Below, one piece after another: positions 1 through 12,989 of a stretch of DNA of 64,000 nucleotides. Location: assembly GCA_040954595.2 (NCBI GenBank), contig CM082583.2, forward strand, positions 280,542-344,541, read 5' to 3'. Each line of letters begins with the position of its first letter. The first letter of the stretch is position 1. The translations under genes were made by a program, and so were the position numbers. The notes beneath the pieces are model-generated. The model made no database searches. It was given only the letters and a program-made list of their open reading frames with translations, and had not been told where the DNA came from. Source of the DNA: Balanoglossus misakiensis (taxonomy: Eukaryota; Animalia; Hemichordata).

Positions 1-12
1 ACCAAATGGTAC
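1..12 (-). pseudogene. PRKDC: Probable start of the next PRKDC exon, running off the window edge
   Basis: Minus-strand ttttacag acceptor; phase fits the phase-2 end of exon 978-1135; only 12 bp visible. Confidence 0.45.
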
Positions 13-172
13 CTGTAAAAATGTGATCATATTTTATCCATTTATCCTCTAAATTCACGGCCTTGTATTTCACTAAACTAGATATGGATTTCAATAACAT
101 GTTATGATGTACTAAGTCAAGAATCCTAAGAAATGACAATACTTTTTAACTGAAATGACTCTATATCCTTAA

Positions 173-953
173 GATGGGGCACCCATATCATTTTACCCAT
201 TGCTATGGGTCGCTTTGGGACATTACACCCAGATTTGGACTAGTCTAAGAAGGGGCTGGTACCTAGTTGAAAATCTGCACAATTGTGAGCGCGTGCCCCC
301 TGAAGCCATTCATATGAAAATTAGCTAACTCAAATTTCAAAATCCTACCACTTTTCAGTCTGTGACGTCAAATACAAAATTGATTACATATTTGTTAGGT
401 GCTCGAACCAGAGAAGACCGTGAAGGAATTTGTTTTCGAATATGGTTGTTGTATCTGTGGATTTCAGCATACATATACCACCCCTGAACAAGTCACCGAT
501 TTTGGGTGTTTTTGGACGCACTCTTCCATCGGTATCGCTCTTAGTGCGTTGATAACCGCTAAATCGATCCTTCACGCTATGCGGAAGTGTGTTCTCTGTG
601 AACAGGTGAAATCGGACTAGCGTACGTGGCCTGTACAAAATGTCTTAGGGATTTTTTTTACGATACTAAATCCAGTGTACAAAATCAGTGGAATTTTAGT
701 GTTTGATCCAGTTACTGTGGTTACAGGATACTCACGCTGGCGCTGACCATTGCTTTGCCGTACTAGCATGGTGGCCTATGGCCGGTTGGTAGCTCCCGTA
801 TCCATACTTGGATACGGGGTGTGCACACAATCGTACATATTTTAACTACAGTAACAAGCCCCTTGATGGACGTTCATAGTGGTTTTGTTCAAAAGCGAGT
901 CAACTCTCCTGTAAAGGCCCACAGCAATGGCCAAAAGATACAGGTGCCTCATC
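173..953. mobile_element. Non-autonomous TIR element with TTAA TSD (Kolobok-like), diverged member of the family at 1989 and 41803
   Basis: TTAA|GATGGGGCACC...GGTGCCTCATC|TTAA; colinear with 1989-2784. Confidence 0.8.
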
Positions 954-977
954 TTAACACCTGAAATATGTACTCAC

Positions 978-1135
978 TGTAGCTGTGCAAGTTCTGGCTG
1001 TGGTAACCTTGCAAAGAAGTAAAGAATATCCAAGACACGGCTTTTGAATGCCAGTGATGTGGCAGCATTTGACAGCTCAGCCAGGTACATTTCAAAAACT
1101 GGTTTGAAAGCCACATGTTTGGGATCCGAAGACAA
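978..1135 (-). pseudogene. PRKDC: PRKDC (DNA-PKcs) exon
   Basis: AG/GT-bounded; LSSDPKHVAFKPVFEMYLAELSNAATSLAFKSRVLDILYFFARLPQPELAQL resembles DNA-PKcs [36 protein letters not shown]. Confidence 0.88.
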
Positions 1136-1678
1136 CTGAGAACAAAGAATAGAAGAACACTTGATGCATTAAGGATGTACGTTCAGTAAAATTGAAAGTA
1201 TTGTCATTTTTTTTAATTGTGGATTTTTGGATTCTCCTTTGTATGTATAATGAAAATCCGTAATAAAATATAGGGGTAACCGCGCTTGTTTTTGAAATAA
1301 AGAGCCATGAATTTAGTCGATAATAGAAGAAAACTGCTGACTCAGCATTTTTCACCAATGGTTTGTCTATGGGCAAAATTTTTGACGCAATTTATCTAAA
1401 AATAGAGCGCGGTGACCCCTATATTTTATTTGACCAATGAATTTATATTTGCTGGACTGAGCTATGTGTAAAATTTCGTGAAAATGACAATAGTAGAAGT
1501 TTGTTTTCTAGCAATTTTCAATGTAATCCTATGCGAAAAAGACCGGGCGCGCACTGTTTCCGGTTTATGTTCTGCGCGTACATCCTGAAAAATATCAATC
1601 AAAATTAAAGCTGTTGTGTCACAAAAATGATTCTTTTTACTTTAATTCAAAGAAGTATAAGGTAAAAACTCCTTTTAT

Positions 1679-1984
1679 AGGGACAAAGTCTCTCTCTTGC
1701 TGCCCTTTTTTCATTAATTATAGATATAGTGAATCAGCGTTCAACCACACAGAACTTCCATCCTGTTTGTAGGATATGAGAGTAAAATCTCACCCAAATG
1801 AAAAAATGGTGAACACTGATTATTCATTTTGGAGAGCGTTTCCCTATCGTGCCTTCAAAAGGGATGGAAGTTGTGTGTGGTCAAACGTGATTCACTATAT
1901 ATCCACATGTAGAATAACATAAACGGTGTCTGGTATCAAACATAATTAATGGAAAAGGGGCAGCGAGAGAGAGACTTTGTCCCT
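1679..1984. mobile_element. Palindromic MITE with AGGGACAAAGTCTCTCTC termini, TTAA-type target
   Basis: Long terminal inverted repeats; further copies at ~16666-17003 and 46162-46693. Confidence 0.8.
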
Positions 1985-1988
1985 TTAA

Positions 1989-2784
1989 GATGGGTCCCCC
2001 GGATCTTTTTGCCCGTTGCTATGGGCCTTTGTAGGACATTACACCCCGATTTGGACTAAGCCGTTTTCAGAGTCTAACAAGGGGCTGGTAACTAGTTGAA
2101 AATCTGCGCGATTGTGAGCGCGCGCCCCCTGACGCCATTGATATGCAAATTAGCTAGGTCAAATTTCAAAAAGCCTAAGGCTTTTTATTCCGTGACCTCA
2201 AAAACGAACTTGATACGTATTCATTAGTTGCTTGAACCAGGGAAGATCGTGACGGATTTTGTTTTCAAATATTATCGTTGTATCCTACGATTTCAGCATA
2301 CCCGTACCACACCTGAAAAAGTCATCGATTTTGGGTGTTTTTGGACGCACTCTTCCACCGGTATCGCTTCTTAGCACGACGAAAATCGAAAAAACGATCC
2401 GTCACACTGTGCGGAAGTGCGTTCTCAACAAGCAGGTCAAATTTGGCTGGCCTACGTCGCCTGTGAAAAAAGCCTTAGGGATTTTCGTGAACGGTACAAA
2501 ATCTCTGTGTACAAAACATTGGATTTTTAGCGTTCGATCCAGTTACTGTGGTTACAGGACGCGCACGCTATCGCTGACCGCTGCTTTGCCGTATTAGCGT
2601 GGCGGCCTATGTCCGGGTGGTAGCTGCCGTCACCATACTCAGACAGGGGGTGTGCACACAATCATGTGTATTTTTAACTAGTTACAAGCCCCTTGTCGGA
2701 CGTTCATAACGGTTGCGATCAAAATTGAGTGTAGTGTCCTATAAAGGCCTATAGCAACGGGCAAAAAGATCAGGGGGACCCATC
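1989..2784. mobile_element. Non-autonomous Kolobok-like element, TTAA TSD
   Basis: TTAA|GATGGGTCCCC...GGGGACCCATC|TTAA; near-identical to 41803-42597. Confidence 0.88.
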
Positions 2785-3173
2785 TTAAGTGGTTGGAAAG
2801 GCTATTTTTGAAGCAAATTCTCTCAATGTTTTATTTTCACAAGTTAGAATAAAGATAATGACTTGAAATTTGCAGCAAGTTTTTGTTAACAAACTAAAAA
2901 GTGAGGGAAAAATATGACTGTAAAAATACCTGCTAAAATTATGAAATTTGATAAGCCTAAATATAAATATTCATAATTTTACAAAACATTGATTGAATCT
3001 TGACATGTTTTCACAAATTATTGAATAATTTGTATTCATTTTAATATTAAGCAACCCCTCAAGCAATGTACGGGACATTTTCAGCATAAACTTATTTTTT
3101 TTAAGTTATCAGTCAGGAAAATATAGCGTCAAGGACACTGTGGTCCCATTTGAGGACATAGCAATAATCATAT

Positions 3174-4285
3174 CTGCTCTGGATGCCAAGATATGGAAAA
3201 GTAGGTCAAAGGTCACCTGAGGTCATGCAAAATTTGGGCAAGAAATTTTGACCCTATACTGGTCCATGTTCCACAAAAACCAAACCTATAGCCCTATTGG
3301 TTTGCCTGTAATTAGGTATGCACATAATTAATGAGATATGCAGGTGTCACAGGTGACCCCCAATTTTGGTGCTAACCCTCCAAACGCCATGTCTGTACCT
3401 GCTCTGGATGCCAAGATATGGTAAAGTAGGTCAAAGGTCACCTAAGGTCATGCAAAATTTGGGCAAGAAATGTTGACCCTATACTGGTCCATGTTCAACA
3501 AAAACCAAACCTATAGCCTTATTGGTTAGCCTGGAATTAGGTATGCACATAATTAATGAGATATGCAGGTGTCACAGGTGACCCCCAATTTTGGTGCTAA
3601 CCCTCCAAACGCCATGTCTGTACCTGCTCTGGATGCCAAGATATGGTAAAGTAGGTCAATGGTCACCGTAGGTCATGCAAAATTTGGGCAAGAAATTTTG
3701 ACCCTATACTGGTCCATGTTCAACAAAAACCAAACCTATAGCCTTATTGGTTAGCCTGGAATTAGGTATGCACATAATTAATGAGATATGCAGGTGTCAC
3801 AGGTGACCCCCAATTTGGGCTTTTCAATTTTAGTGCCAATCCTCCAAACGCCAAGTCTGTACCTGCTCTGGATGCCAAGATATGGAAAAGTAGGTAAAAG
3901 GTCACCTGAGGTCATGTAAAATTTGGGCAAGAAATTTTGACCCTATACTGGTCCATGTTCAACAAAAACAAAACCTATAGCCCTATTGGTTAGCCTGGAA
4001 TTAGGTATGCACATAATTACTGAGATATGCAGGTGTCACAGGTGACCCATATTTTGGCTTTTCAATTTTAGTCCTAACCCTCCAAACGCCAAGTCTGTAC
4101 CTGCTCTGGATGCCGAGATATAGGAAAGTAGGTCAAAGGTCACCTGAGGTCACCCAAAATTTGGGCAAGAAATTTTGACCCTATACTGGTCGATGTCCCA
4201 CAAGAACGAAACCTCTAGTTAGCCCGGAATTAGGTATGCACATAATTAATGTGTTAAGCAGGTGTTACAGGTGAGCCCAAAAATT
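3174..4285. repeat. Tandem array of ~225-239 bp units, about 4.7 copies
   Basis: CTGCTCTGGATGCC recurs at 3174, 3399, 3624, 3863, 4101. Confidence 0.95.
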
Positions 4286-4389
4286 TGCCTTTTATTTTGG
4301 CCCCATTGTGCTCACTGACCAATAGACAGTCACTGTACAGGACTATTGCACAGACCAGAATTCCACAATAAGGTGTGGACATAGCTTAA

Positions 4390-5479
4390 AGGCGGAACTC
4401 CCGTATAAAAGCGCGAGAGCATGCGAGAGTTGGCATAATGGTGGGAGATTCAAACTCACTAACAACAGAACGGACGTTGTCCATAAAAGACTGTAAATTT
4501 AGGTCTACCGATGATTTTTTTGTCTCTAAATTCAAAAAGGAGTGCATGAGTTTATTTAGCACTAAATCCGCGGTTTCTGGTGCAATACAATTTGAAAATA
4601 CTTTCGAAAACCGAAGATGAAATCATTTTGTCGCCGAGATATGACCGGTATATCGGTACGATGTTCAGTTTGAATCTGCGTGATTGACATATTATGCAAA
4701 TCGAAGTTGGGCACCATTGATACGTAGTGGCGTTGATTGCAAAGTGTGCGAGACCTGAAAATCGGGATATGATCGTACCAAATTTATCACACATGAACAT
4801 GCACACATCCATAAAATCGGTAGTTCTCTTCTTGGAAATTGTGTTGGTCCTGAAAAGGACCGTTTGTATTTGTGTATCAACCGTACAAAGTGAAGAGGGG
4901 AAAGCCTCATCAGTGCAATTTATGCCCAACGTACGAAACACCGGGTAAATTCGGGTAGAGACCACGGACTAGCCAAGACTGCCTATGTGTGGTTACACAT
5001 TGCGAACAAAAACAAAATTCACAGGAGTTGACCGAATCTCCGGAAGCCGATGTGCTCATGGACACGGTGTTTACTTCCGCATCAAACTCGCCGGTAGCCG
5101 ATACCATGGAGGTACTAGTACCTCCATGCCGATACCACGCACGGTACTAACCCCCGCGGTCGCAGCAGGTGAACTTATGTGCCCCCGCCGGTCGATGACC
5201 GAAAGCTCGGCAGAGAAAATTGCCAGTGCTTTCTCCTGCTCTTCAGTGACCGCTATCTTGATAATTCGTGTCGACATGATAGATTCAGCTGACAACACGT
5301 TCCGCGGGTGCCTAAGAACTAGCTGGATCGCGTGGGTATAGAAATGTGTTTGCTTTTGGCGGGCGCGGGATGCCCATTTGAGGTCAATTGTTGTAACAAT
5401 ATATAGTGGCGTCAGAGCTTTAGCCACGCCCACATTTTATTGATTTTTGCTCGGTAGGGCCCTACCGAGCGTTCCGCCT
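4390..5479. mobile_element. Kolobok-like TIR element, TTAA TSD, with a coding remnant
   Basis: TTAA|AGGCGGAAC...GTTCCGCCT|TTAA; more GC-rich than its flanks. Confidence 0.8.
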
Positions 5480-7299
5480 TTAACCATAGAGGTATAAGTA
5501 AAGGTATAAATTTAATAAAAATTCATAAAAAAAAAACATCCATGATATCAATTTAACACTTACAGGTCGGTGTGAGGTTGACAAAAGGTACATACATACA
5601 AATTTTCAAAGCAAACTGACCAGTAATTGGTGACTTACAGAGTTTTGATCAATTTCACATTTTACAAGCTAATTTGCATATTTTTGGGCCTGGCAACTTC
5701 GTTTGGACAAACTCCCATCTACAGCCCAGCCTGCACCTACACACCAAATATTGACGTGATACGCGCAGCGGTTTTCAAGTTTTTGATGTGGACGGTCATA
5801 CAGACATACATCCATACATCCATACATACATCCATCCATCCATACATACATACAGACGCAACCCATCCCATAAGGTCCCATGGTATATAGGCCTATACCC
5901 ATGGGACCTAAAAACAGTTTTTGTTGATATTTTGTATACAACTTGAACGTGCTGCAAAAACACACCGGGAAAATTTATGCAAAAACTGCTCCGTTAAATT
6001 GTTCTTTTGGATGTTCCGAGCCTTTCCTGAAAGTTTCATGATAAAAAAATTATCTGGCATACCAATTCAATCACAAATAAAAACCATAACATTATGGCGA
6101 AGGCCAGAAAAGTAGCGAAATACGCAAGGTTTAGCGGCAGTTCACGGCAAAGGATCGCATTTATCTGGGTCAAACTCCTTTCCGCTGGCCTTTGGGGTTC
6201 CAAAGAAGCGTAAAAATGTCCATAATTTGGCAGCCTTTAATGTACAAGCAAGGCTATCTATCGCTGAATATTGCAAGAATCAGTGTTTGCAAGTTACATT
6301 TAAATGCCCTTGGCTAGGGGAACCCGTCCTTGTGCGCATGCGTAGCGTCTTGTATAGCAACAAGTCGCTGTGGGAGTCCTACATCGCTGGTTGAGTATAT
6401 GCGTTTGCCTGTTCCGTGAGCGTGACACGAGTGGGTAAAAATTGATGCGAAAGCTTCAATTTTTTAGTCCGAAAGTGGACTTACAGCAAAACGTGTCAAA
6501 CGTACAAGCAGCCAGGGCCAAGAGAGACTACTAGTCCGAGCAGGACAGGGGAAGAATCTGAACATGGACCGGTCGAACACGGCAGTCAATCATACGCACG
6601 TAACGCAGTCAACCATTGCCAATCAAGAGTCGAGCTCACTCCGTTGGCGTAAAAAGATGTTCTATCGAGTGGCAGTGGAGAATTTACAGATTTTTCAAAC
6701 AACCTCAATTATATGCCGTCGATAATAAGATTCCCTAGCTTCCTTGCCAGGTGTATGAAATTAGCTATCATAAAACCAGCCATATCTTGTTACACGTTTA
6801 TTGCTCAGAATTTTTCAATGTTTTAATTTTTCTCAAATACATTTTTAGATATAAATTCAGTGGTTTTAAATGAAATTTTAACTGACACCCTAGCATTTCC
6901 AACCACCTTAATTGGGTGTTTACTTTTTGAAACATTACAAATAAAAGTGTGCACAATGAGTTGTCCGGAGACATAATTCAAAATTCATAGACCGATAACT
7001 TCACTCGGTAATACCACAGGATCTGCAATATATTTACATTTCTCCAGCTAGCGAGAGAGGCAGTTTATTTACCATTAGGAAATGTAAATTGTACGTGAAG
7101 CATACGGTTACAGGTGACACACTCATTTAATCGGCCTCCATGCAAAGTGTACAAAACTGATACAAATACAAGCAAAACAGCTTGATGATTCTAAAGAATA
7201 GGGAAAAGATTTTATTGTAGAAAAAATGTGTGAAATGTGGCAGCTCAGGGGGCTTTCATGGTGTGCCATACAGGCTTAATTTAGATTCAAATGACCAAC

Positions 7300-7435
7300 C
7301 TTGGAATCAATCTGCAAGAGTTTCTTCAGCAAAATGATAACAGAACTTCTCTGGTCAGGAGTAGCACCATCACTCCACCAGGACTTCAATAAATTCCAGT
7401 TAGATAATATGGCTGCGTGTACTGTCATGCCTTGA
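7300..7435 (-). pseudogene. PRKDC: PRKDC exon
   Basis: QGMTVHAAILSNWNLLKSWWSDGATPDQRSSVIILLKKLLQIDSK resembles [45 protein letters not shown]; AG/GT; phases fit neighbours. Confidence 0.92.
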
Positions 7436-7588
7436 CTGAAATAATTATTGAAGAACATCCACAAAAAACTAATATGATGTAGTAGGGTTTGATGACAAGT
7501 AGTGTACACAATGGAATTCTGTTTTCCAGTTGCAATTTTTTAGTATTTGAAGTTATGGGTGTGAAGTTTGTTTAATCATGAAATCAGT

Positions 7589-8050
7589 TTATAACACACC
7601 TCATCCACAGTCAGTGTTCTCATTCATTAATCAATTGTCAAGTAGTACGCGTTCTTTTTGTGCTGATCCATATAAAATGATGTCATCAGCCATCAGTTGT
7701 TGGAACTGTTGCACGCCAGGCATCAGTTCCAAAAAATGATGCCTGCTCACATCAAAAACAACATGTTGGGCATGTGCGATATAGAAAGCAAACAAAGATG
7801 TCATCTGCGGCCGAAGGAAAGGATAGTTGAGAAATTTCACCATACAATTTTTGTATCGTGAGTTCTTATGCGTAGCTGCGAATGAGATGTGTTACAAAAC
7901 ACATATTGACTGGCTTTTCAGGCATCAGCATACGTCTTTCACCCCTCGGGACTGTGAGTCACCCCCAAAACAGACTGTTTCCCGAGGGCGAAGGTCAAGT
8001 GAAACAGTCTGTTTTGGGGATGACTCGCACTCCCTTGGGTTACAGATGTA
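7589..8050. mobile_element. Hairpin-ended non-autonomous element; partial second copy ~8320-8470
   Basis: TTATAACACACCTCAT / ATGAGATGTGTTACAA inverted pair, then hairpin 7931-8050 with tip CCC-GA-GGGC-GAA-GGTC-AA. Confidence 0.6.
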
Positions 8051-8500
8051 TGCTGATGCCCTTATAGCCAGTCAACATGTGTATAATGTGCAGTCATGTA
8101 GGGTGCATCAATTTCACACTGATACATACAAAAGAGGACTTACCAGTCAAAAGTTACATTGTCAGGCAACAGTTCCGAAAACTGTTAAACTGTTGCCTGG
8201 CTAGGTTGGAAAGCACCATCTAGACATGCACACTCCAGAAAACTACATGTGCAATTTTATCTTTGCCTGAGACCAACTTGATGACAGTGGAGAAATGTCC
8301 TGATTTTATGCTACTGTTGGATGAGGTCTGTTATAAAACACATATGGACTGGCCGTATTCACGTACCGGTAAGAGCATAATTATGTTTGTAGGGACTGCG
8401 AGTCACCCAAAAACAGTCTGTTTTGGGGCGATTTATTTTGGGGTGACTCACAGATCCGAGGGGACACAATTTTAGTGGCAATTGATTCTGAGAAGCTTAC

Positions 8501-8750
8501 TTTTTCCTAAGGTCTCTATTGTTGGTGATGTGATCCAGCAATCCATTCAGTATGGTACTAATAACAGTGGAGTTTGACACTGCCTCCTTCATCAGTGTCT
8601 GTGTGACTTCCTGTGCATGCAATGCAAGCTGGGTATTGATGGGTATTTTGAACTGACTGTAGAAGGCTATCCCATATATCCTGTGTAGACCTCTGCAGCA
8701 CTTGATTTGACAGCCGTCTTGTTCAAAAGCCCTCTTAGAAGCTCTTTTGA
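8501..8750 (-). pseudogene. PRKDC: PRKDC exon with a frameshift
   Basis: SKELLRGLLNKTAV... then, in another frame, YGIAFYSQFKIPINTQLA...VISTILNGLLDHITNNRDLRK, resembling HGEYFYSLFSETINTELL...MVSAVLNGMLDQSFRER; 250 bp does not fit phase 0 to 2. Confidence 0.88.
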
Positions 8751-8851
8751 CTGTGGAGAACAGTTGAAATCAAACTCTTTTGAACTGTACATGTATTACA
8801 TCTTGTTCACAAGACTGAAAAACGGCCAGAAAGTGAAACACAAAGCTAGAA

Positions 8852-10868
8852 TTAAAGCTGCAAGCAGCATTGAAGGGGCCCAAGCATAGAGTTAATAACC
8901 ATTAGACTCCATTCAGGGTTGTACCATTCAAATGCGTAGGCCGTATGTATTTGCTCTCGATGTTGAGATATGGGGAAGTAGGCAACCACCCGAAATGCAT
9001 GTCCTACAACAAGTACAAACACAACAACCAAAGGTGAACTTCTACGTTGTAAGTACTTCAGTAAGTATACTTCAAAGGTCAGCTGAGGGTACCCAACATT
9101 TTTTTATTTGGTTCATATTCAAGACAACGGAAAATCCCCGCTGGTTGGGTTTGTCAAATTAGATATGGCCATAATAATGAGTTACTCGAGTAAGTTACAG
9201 GTGGCCCCAGGAATTTAGCATTTCATGACGCAGAGGGTCCTACCCTACCCCTCCAAACACCTGGCTATATATGATGTGCGTGCTAACATATGGAAAGCAG
9301 GTCAATGGACACCTGAGGTCACCCAAAAATTTGACAAAAAATTTTCATTCCTGTTTATGTCATGTGCAACAAATCCTACATTTGCAGCCCTTTCACTTTG
9401 CCTACCATTAGGTATGCATGTAATACATGAATCAAGCAGGTGTCGCAGGTATCCCCCTGTATTTGACATTTCATGATAGTTTCATCTCTCCAAATACCAA
9501 AGCTGCACCTGTACAACGGGCTGAGATATGGCACTGTATGACAGAGGTCATCCAAATCAACTTATACATTTGGGCAAAAACAAACTGACACTTACATTCG
9601 TCCCTGTGGAACAAAAACCACACATATTGCCCTGTTGGTTAGTGTCCAATTAAATGTACAAAATCAATGACTTAGGCAGGTGCAACAGGGGACCCCGCCT
9701 TTGGTATATCATTATGGTCCCATCCGTATATGCCCCCCGCACCCCCAACGCCAAAGCTGCATGCATCTGCTATGGATGCTCACTCAGCAAAAGTAGGTGA
9801 AATGTCACATAAGGTCGCCCATAACTTGACAGGAAAATCGGACTTCAAATTGATCCATGTGCAACAAATACCACGCTAGCATCCCTTTCATTGACCCCAC
9901 AATTACGCACATAATTGAGTTACACAGGTGTCACAGGTGACCCCCGAATCGGACGTATTACTAGTATTTTGGTCCCATACAGCTGCATGAAGCTGCGTGC
10001 CATTACGGGCGACCTGATAACCCCCACGGCCACCTGTGGGCCGACCCCCATACTGAACGTCCAGTTGCAACGTCACGACTGAAGTAGGAACTTTTGAACG
10101 GCAACGAAGCCTGATCTCTGATTATTGCTGGTACCATACTCCCTACGTGCAAGAAAATCACTGGTCTGCTGATGTATTTCGGCCACATTAGCGACTGAGG
10201 GTCAAAGTCCGCGGCCGCATTACATTGAATTTAACCAGTGTAGCCGGGTCTGGATAGAAACATTTGAACGGCATTAGCTAACAAACTCAGCGTAATTCAA
10301 TAAAACGCCCTAACACAGCCTGAACTCCGATAATGTGTTGTCCCAAAATTCATTCCGTGGAAAATAATCACTGGTCAGTTTACGTATTTCAGCCGATTTT
10401 CCAAGGACTACTGCAACCCGCCAGAAGTGAGTAGTGCTAATGAGATCTCCACAACATTACGTAATGACGGTCAAAGTCCGATGCCCCAGTGTCCGTCCTC
10501 AGCCCACCAAAAAATGTGAAAAATATTACAAAAATCTTCTTCTCAAAATCGACGTGGCCTAGGACCTTGAAATTTGGCACAGGGGATTTTGGCCACATGA
10601 TCTACAAAAATCGCGAAAAGAATGTACATGCCCCCATTAACGTGCAAATTAGGTCAATTTGAAAATTTCGCTCGATTATAGTCACCAAGTCACGTGACTA
10701 ATTAAAAATTCAAAGGGCAGGTGCACCAGTACTCATGGGCCCCAACCATCGTGCCAAATTTCAAGGTCCTAGGCCACGTCGATTTTGAGAAAAACGGGAG
10801 CAAAAAAACGACTCAAGAAGAAAGAAGAAAAACTCCAGCAATAATAATCAGGCGCTTGGTCCCCTAAA
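8852..10868 (+). mobile_element. HINE-like element containing a diverged ~240-bp tandem array (~9130-9960)
   Basis: AGCTGCAAGCAGCA...GGGGCCCAAGC start, GCTTGGTCCCC end; AGGTGTCACAGGTGACCCC-like motif about every 240 bp; same start motif at 63981. Confidence 0.55.
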
Positions 10869-11175
10869 TATCATGTATAAACTCATTGGTTTGGTGTGCT
10901 TTGGTGTGCTTTTGTGTGGTGCAGTGTGCCCTTAACAAACACAATTTTTAAAAGCTTTGAGTCAATTTAAGGATATCTAAAAATTTCTCTGAGGCAGCCC
11001 TATACATTTGAATGTGGTGTTGATAATTTTCTTGAGTGAACATTGAGCTTGTTGAGTCAGTAGCGTGACAAATGGGCTAGAGGGCACACTGCTGTGATAT
11101 GCCATGGTGCGGAGACACTAGGGTAGGGAACAACATTAACAATAACAGACATAAATAATAAAACATGATACAGAG

Positions 11176-11802
11176 AGCAATATCACGATTTGAAGCCTGC
11201 ATGAGGGATGGTGCTCTCTGACCACAATATTGATGATGCCCGAGCCGCAGGCGAGGGTATCATCAATATTGTGGTTAGAGAGCACCAGCCCGAGGGCAGG
11301 ATTCAAATCGTGATGTTGCCCAAGCATCATGTGCTATTAATTTTATTACGCCGAACATTTGAACATATATACACTACAGCATAGAAGAACGTAGACTCGC
11401 GTCCATATGTCGTACGTTGCTGAGAATGTAAAATGTCTCGATCTCCCAAGAACTATACCTACTTCGAACTCAGACAATTTTGAGGATACTGCGCTGTTGG
11501 TTGCGATTTTGGTGTATTTACTGTCTGTTTGCATAAAATATCGTCCATTTGAACAGGTATTAAGCTTATGTGTCGCTTTGAAGCCATAGATGCGGGAGTT
11601 GACTGATCGTGAAGGAAGCCATTGAACAACAGTTAGTATGCGCAGAAGTCGCACGCAGAACACCAAAACAACTCAGCGGCCAATATCAGCGCACGCGACA
11701 GGGCTTTATCAACTCTAGCCATGTTATATCACTTTTTTTTCTATATCACGTGAGCGCATCTCAGCCAATCATGAATACGGTATAATACATGAGGTGTAAT
11801 AA
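11176..11802. mobile_element. Hairpin-ended non-autonomous element
   Basis: Hairpin ~11176-11320 with tip CC-GA-GCC-GCA-GGC-GA-GG; body bounded by TTATTACGCC...GGTGTAATAA. Confidence 0.7.
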
Positions 11803-11854
11803 TGAATATTATAACAACATGACAAAGTTCAATTAATCAATCAATCAATCAATC

Positions 11855-12492
11855 AAAAATCGTGTCAAGGACACAATGGTCCCATTGAGGAATTGCACAA
11901 GAAAAAATGTACACCGGAGTACACTTTTTCACATATACAGACAGACAGACACACACACACACACATAGCGAGAGATCAATGGGCAAGCACTGACTGACCC
12001 ATAAGCTGCCAATGGCATTTGTACTGTACATACACTAAATAGAACAGCTGGTCTCTTTAAAACTTAGCCAGTTATGTAATCATTCAAGAATTTGCTGTGT
12101 ATATAAACAACTCAATAAAGTAAATACACACCACTTCGTAAAGCAATCTGACCAGTAGTTCTTGAGTTACTGAGTTTTGACCAAATTCACAGTTTCCCAG
12201 CTAATTTGCATATTTTTGGCAATGACAACTTCATTTGAACGAACTCCCATCTACAGCCCAGCCTGCATCTGCAAACAAAATATCAAGGTGATACACGCAG
12301 AGGTTTTTTAAGTTTTTGATGTGGACGGACATACAGACATACACACATACACACATACATACATACATACATACATACATACATACATACATACTGTTAC
12401 ATACATACATGCATGCATACATACATACATACATACATACAGACGCAACCTGTCCCATAAGGTCCCATGGTACATACCAATGGGACCTAATC
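11855..12492 (+). mobile_element. HINE-like element with (CA)n and (CATA)n microsatellites
   Basis: Colinear with 22288-22895; terminal GGTCCCATGG...ATGGGACC hairpin. Confidence 0.7.
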
Positions 12493-12623
12493 AAAAACAT
12501 TTATATGGCGGTAATATCCAGATGTACTGTTCAGTGGCGGCCAATGGTTGTTCACACACTGTAGGCTATTCCAAACAAATATGTCTTCAGTTTTATCTAA
12601 TAAGACTCAAGATTGGGTGTTAG

Positions 12624-12805
12624 TCAAATCTCATTAAGCTGTGAGTTCCATAGCTTTGCAGTAGCATAAGAAAATGCACGTCCATAATTGACTTGCTTGT
12701 ACTGTGTTGTTGTCAGAAGGTTCTTTTCCTGAGACCTTAAGTTGCGAGAAGGGGTATATTGATTAACCATGTTAGAAATGTACTCCAGGGTAAGGCCATG
12801 AGTTT
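12624..12805 (-). mobile_element. L2/CR1-clade LINE 3' remnant
   Basis: HGLTLEYISNMVNQYTPSRNLRS...YGRAFSYATAKLWNS, typical of an L2 ORF2 C-terminus. Confidence 0.75.
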
Positions 12806-12827
12806 CTTTACTTCTGAATATCATTAC

Positions 12828-12989
12828 CTGATTAGCCTGTAGGGAAGTCAGCCCTAGGAGTCTGGTAGCCAGTTCATGTGGGGTTGGTGAAAGATGGGCA
12901 GCGATAAGTGAGTTGCCTGTCTTTGTAGCAATGCTCTCAAACACAGCAGTCAACAACTTGTAGGACAGTTTATCACCAGTGATACCTCC
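12828..12989 (-). pseudogene. PRKDC: PRKDC exon
   Basis: GGITGDKLSYKLLTAVFESIA...LSPTPHELATRLLGL resembles VGTELLSLVYKGIA...LDLSCKQLASGLLEL; 162 bp, phase 0-0, AG/GT. Confidence 0.82.

Larger units (their letters stand above)
3120..5912 (+). mobile_element. Helentron/HINE-like non-autonomous element with internal tandem array, (CATA)n and 3' hairpin
   Basis: 5' GCGTCAAGGACACTGTGGTCCCATT; 3' microsatellite then GGTCCCATGG...CCCATGGGACC; same ends as 11855 and 22288. Confidence 0.6.
2789..6907. mobile_element. Probable TTAA-flanked TIR element containing nested insertions
   Basis: TTAA|GTGGTTGGAAAGGCTA...TAGCATTTCCAACCACC|TTAA. Confidence 0.55.

Noticed and set aside
2259-2597. 112-aa ORF conserved at 42073-42411
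   Set aside because: Conservation follows from two young copies of one element; non-ATG start; broken in the diverged copy at 173-953.
12231-12623. ORFs rich in YIHT/MYVC repeats (also 5627-5965, 22682-23073)
   Set aside because: Translations of (CATA)n microsatellites.
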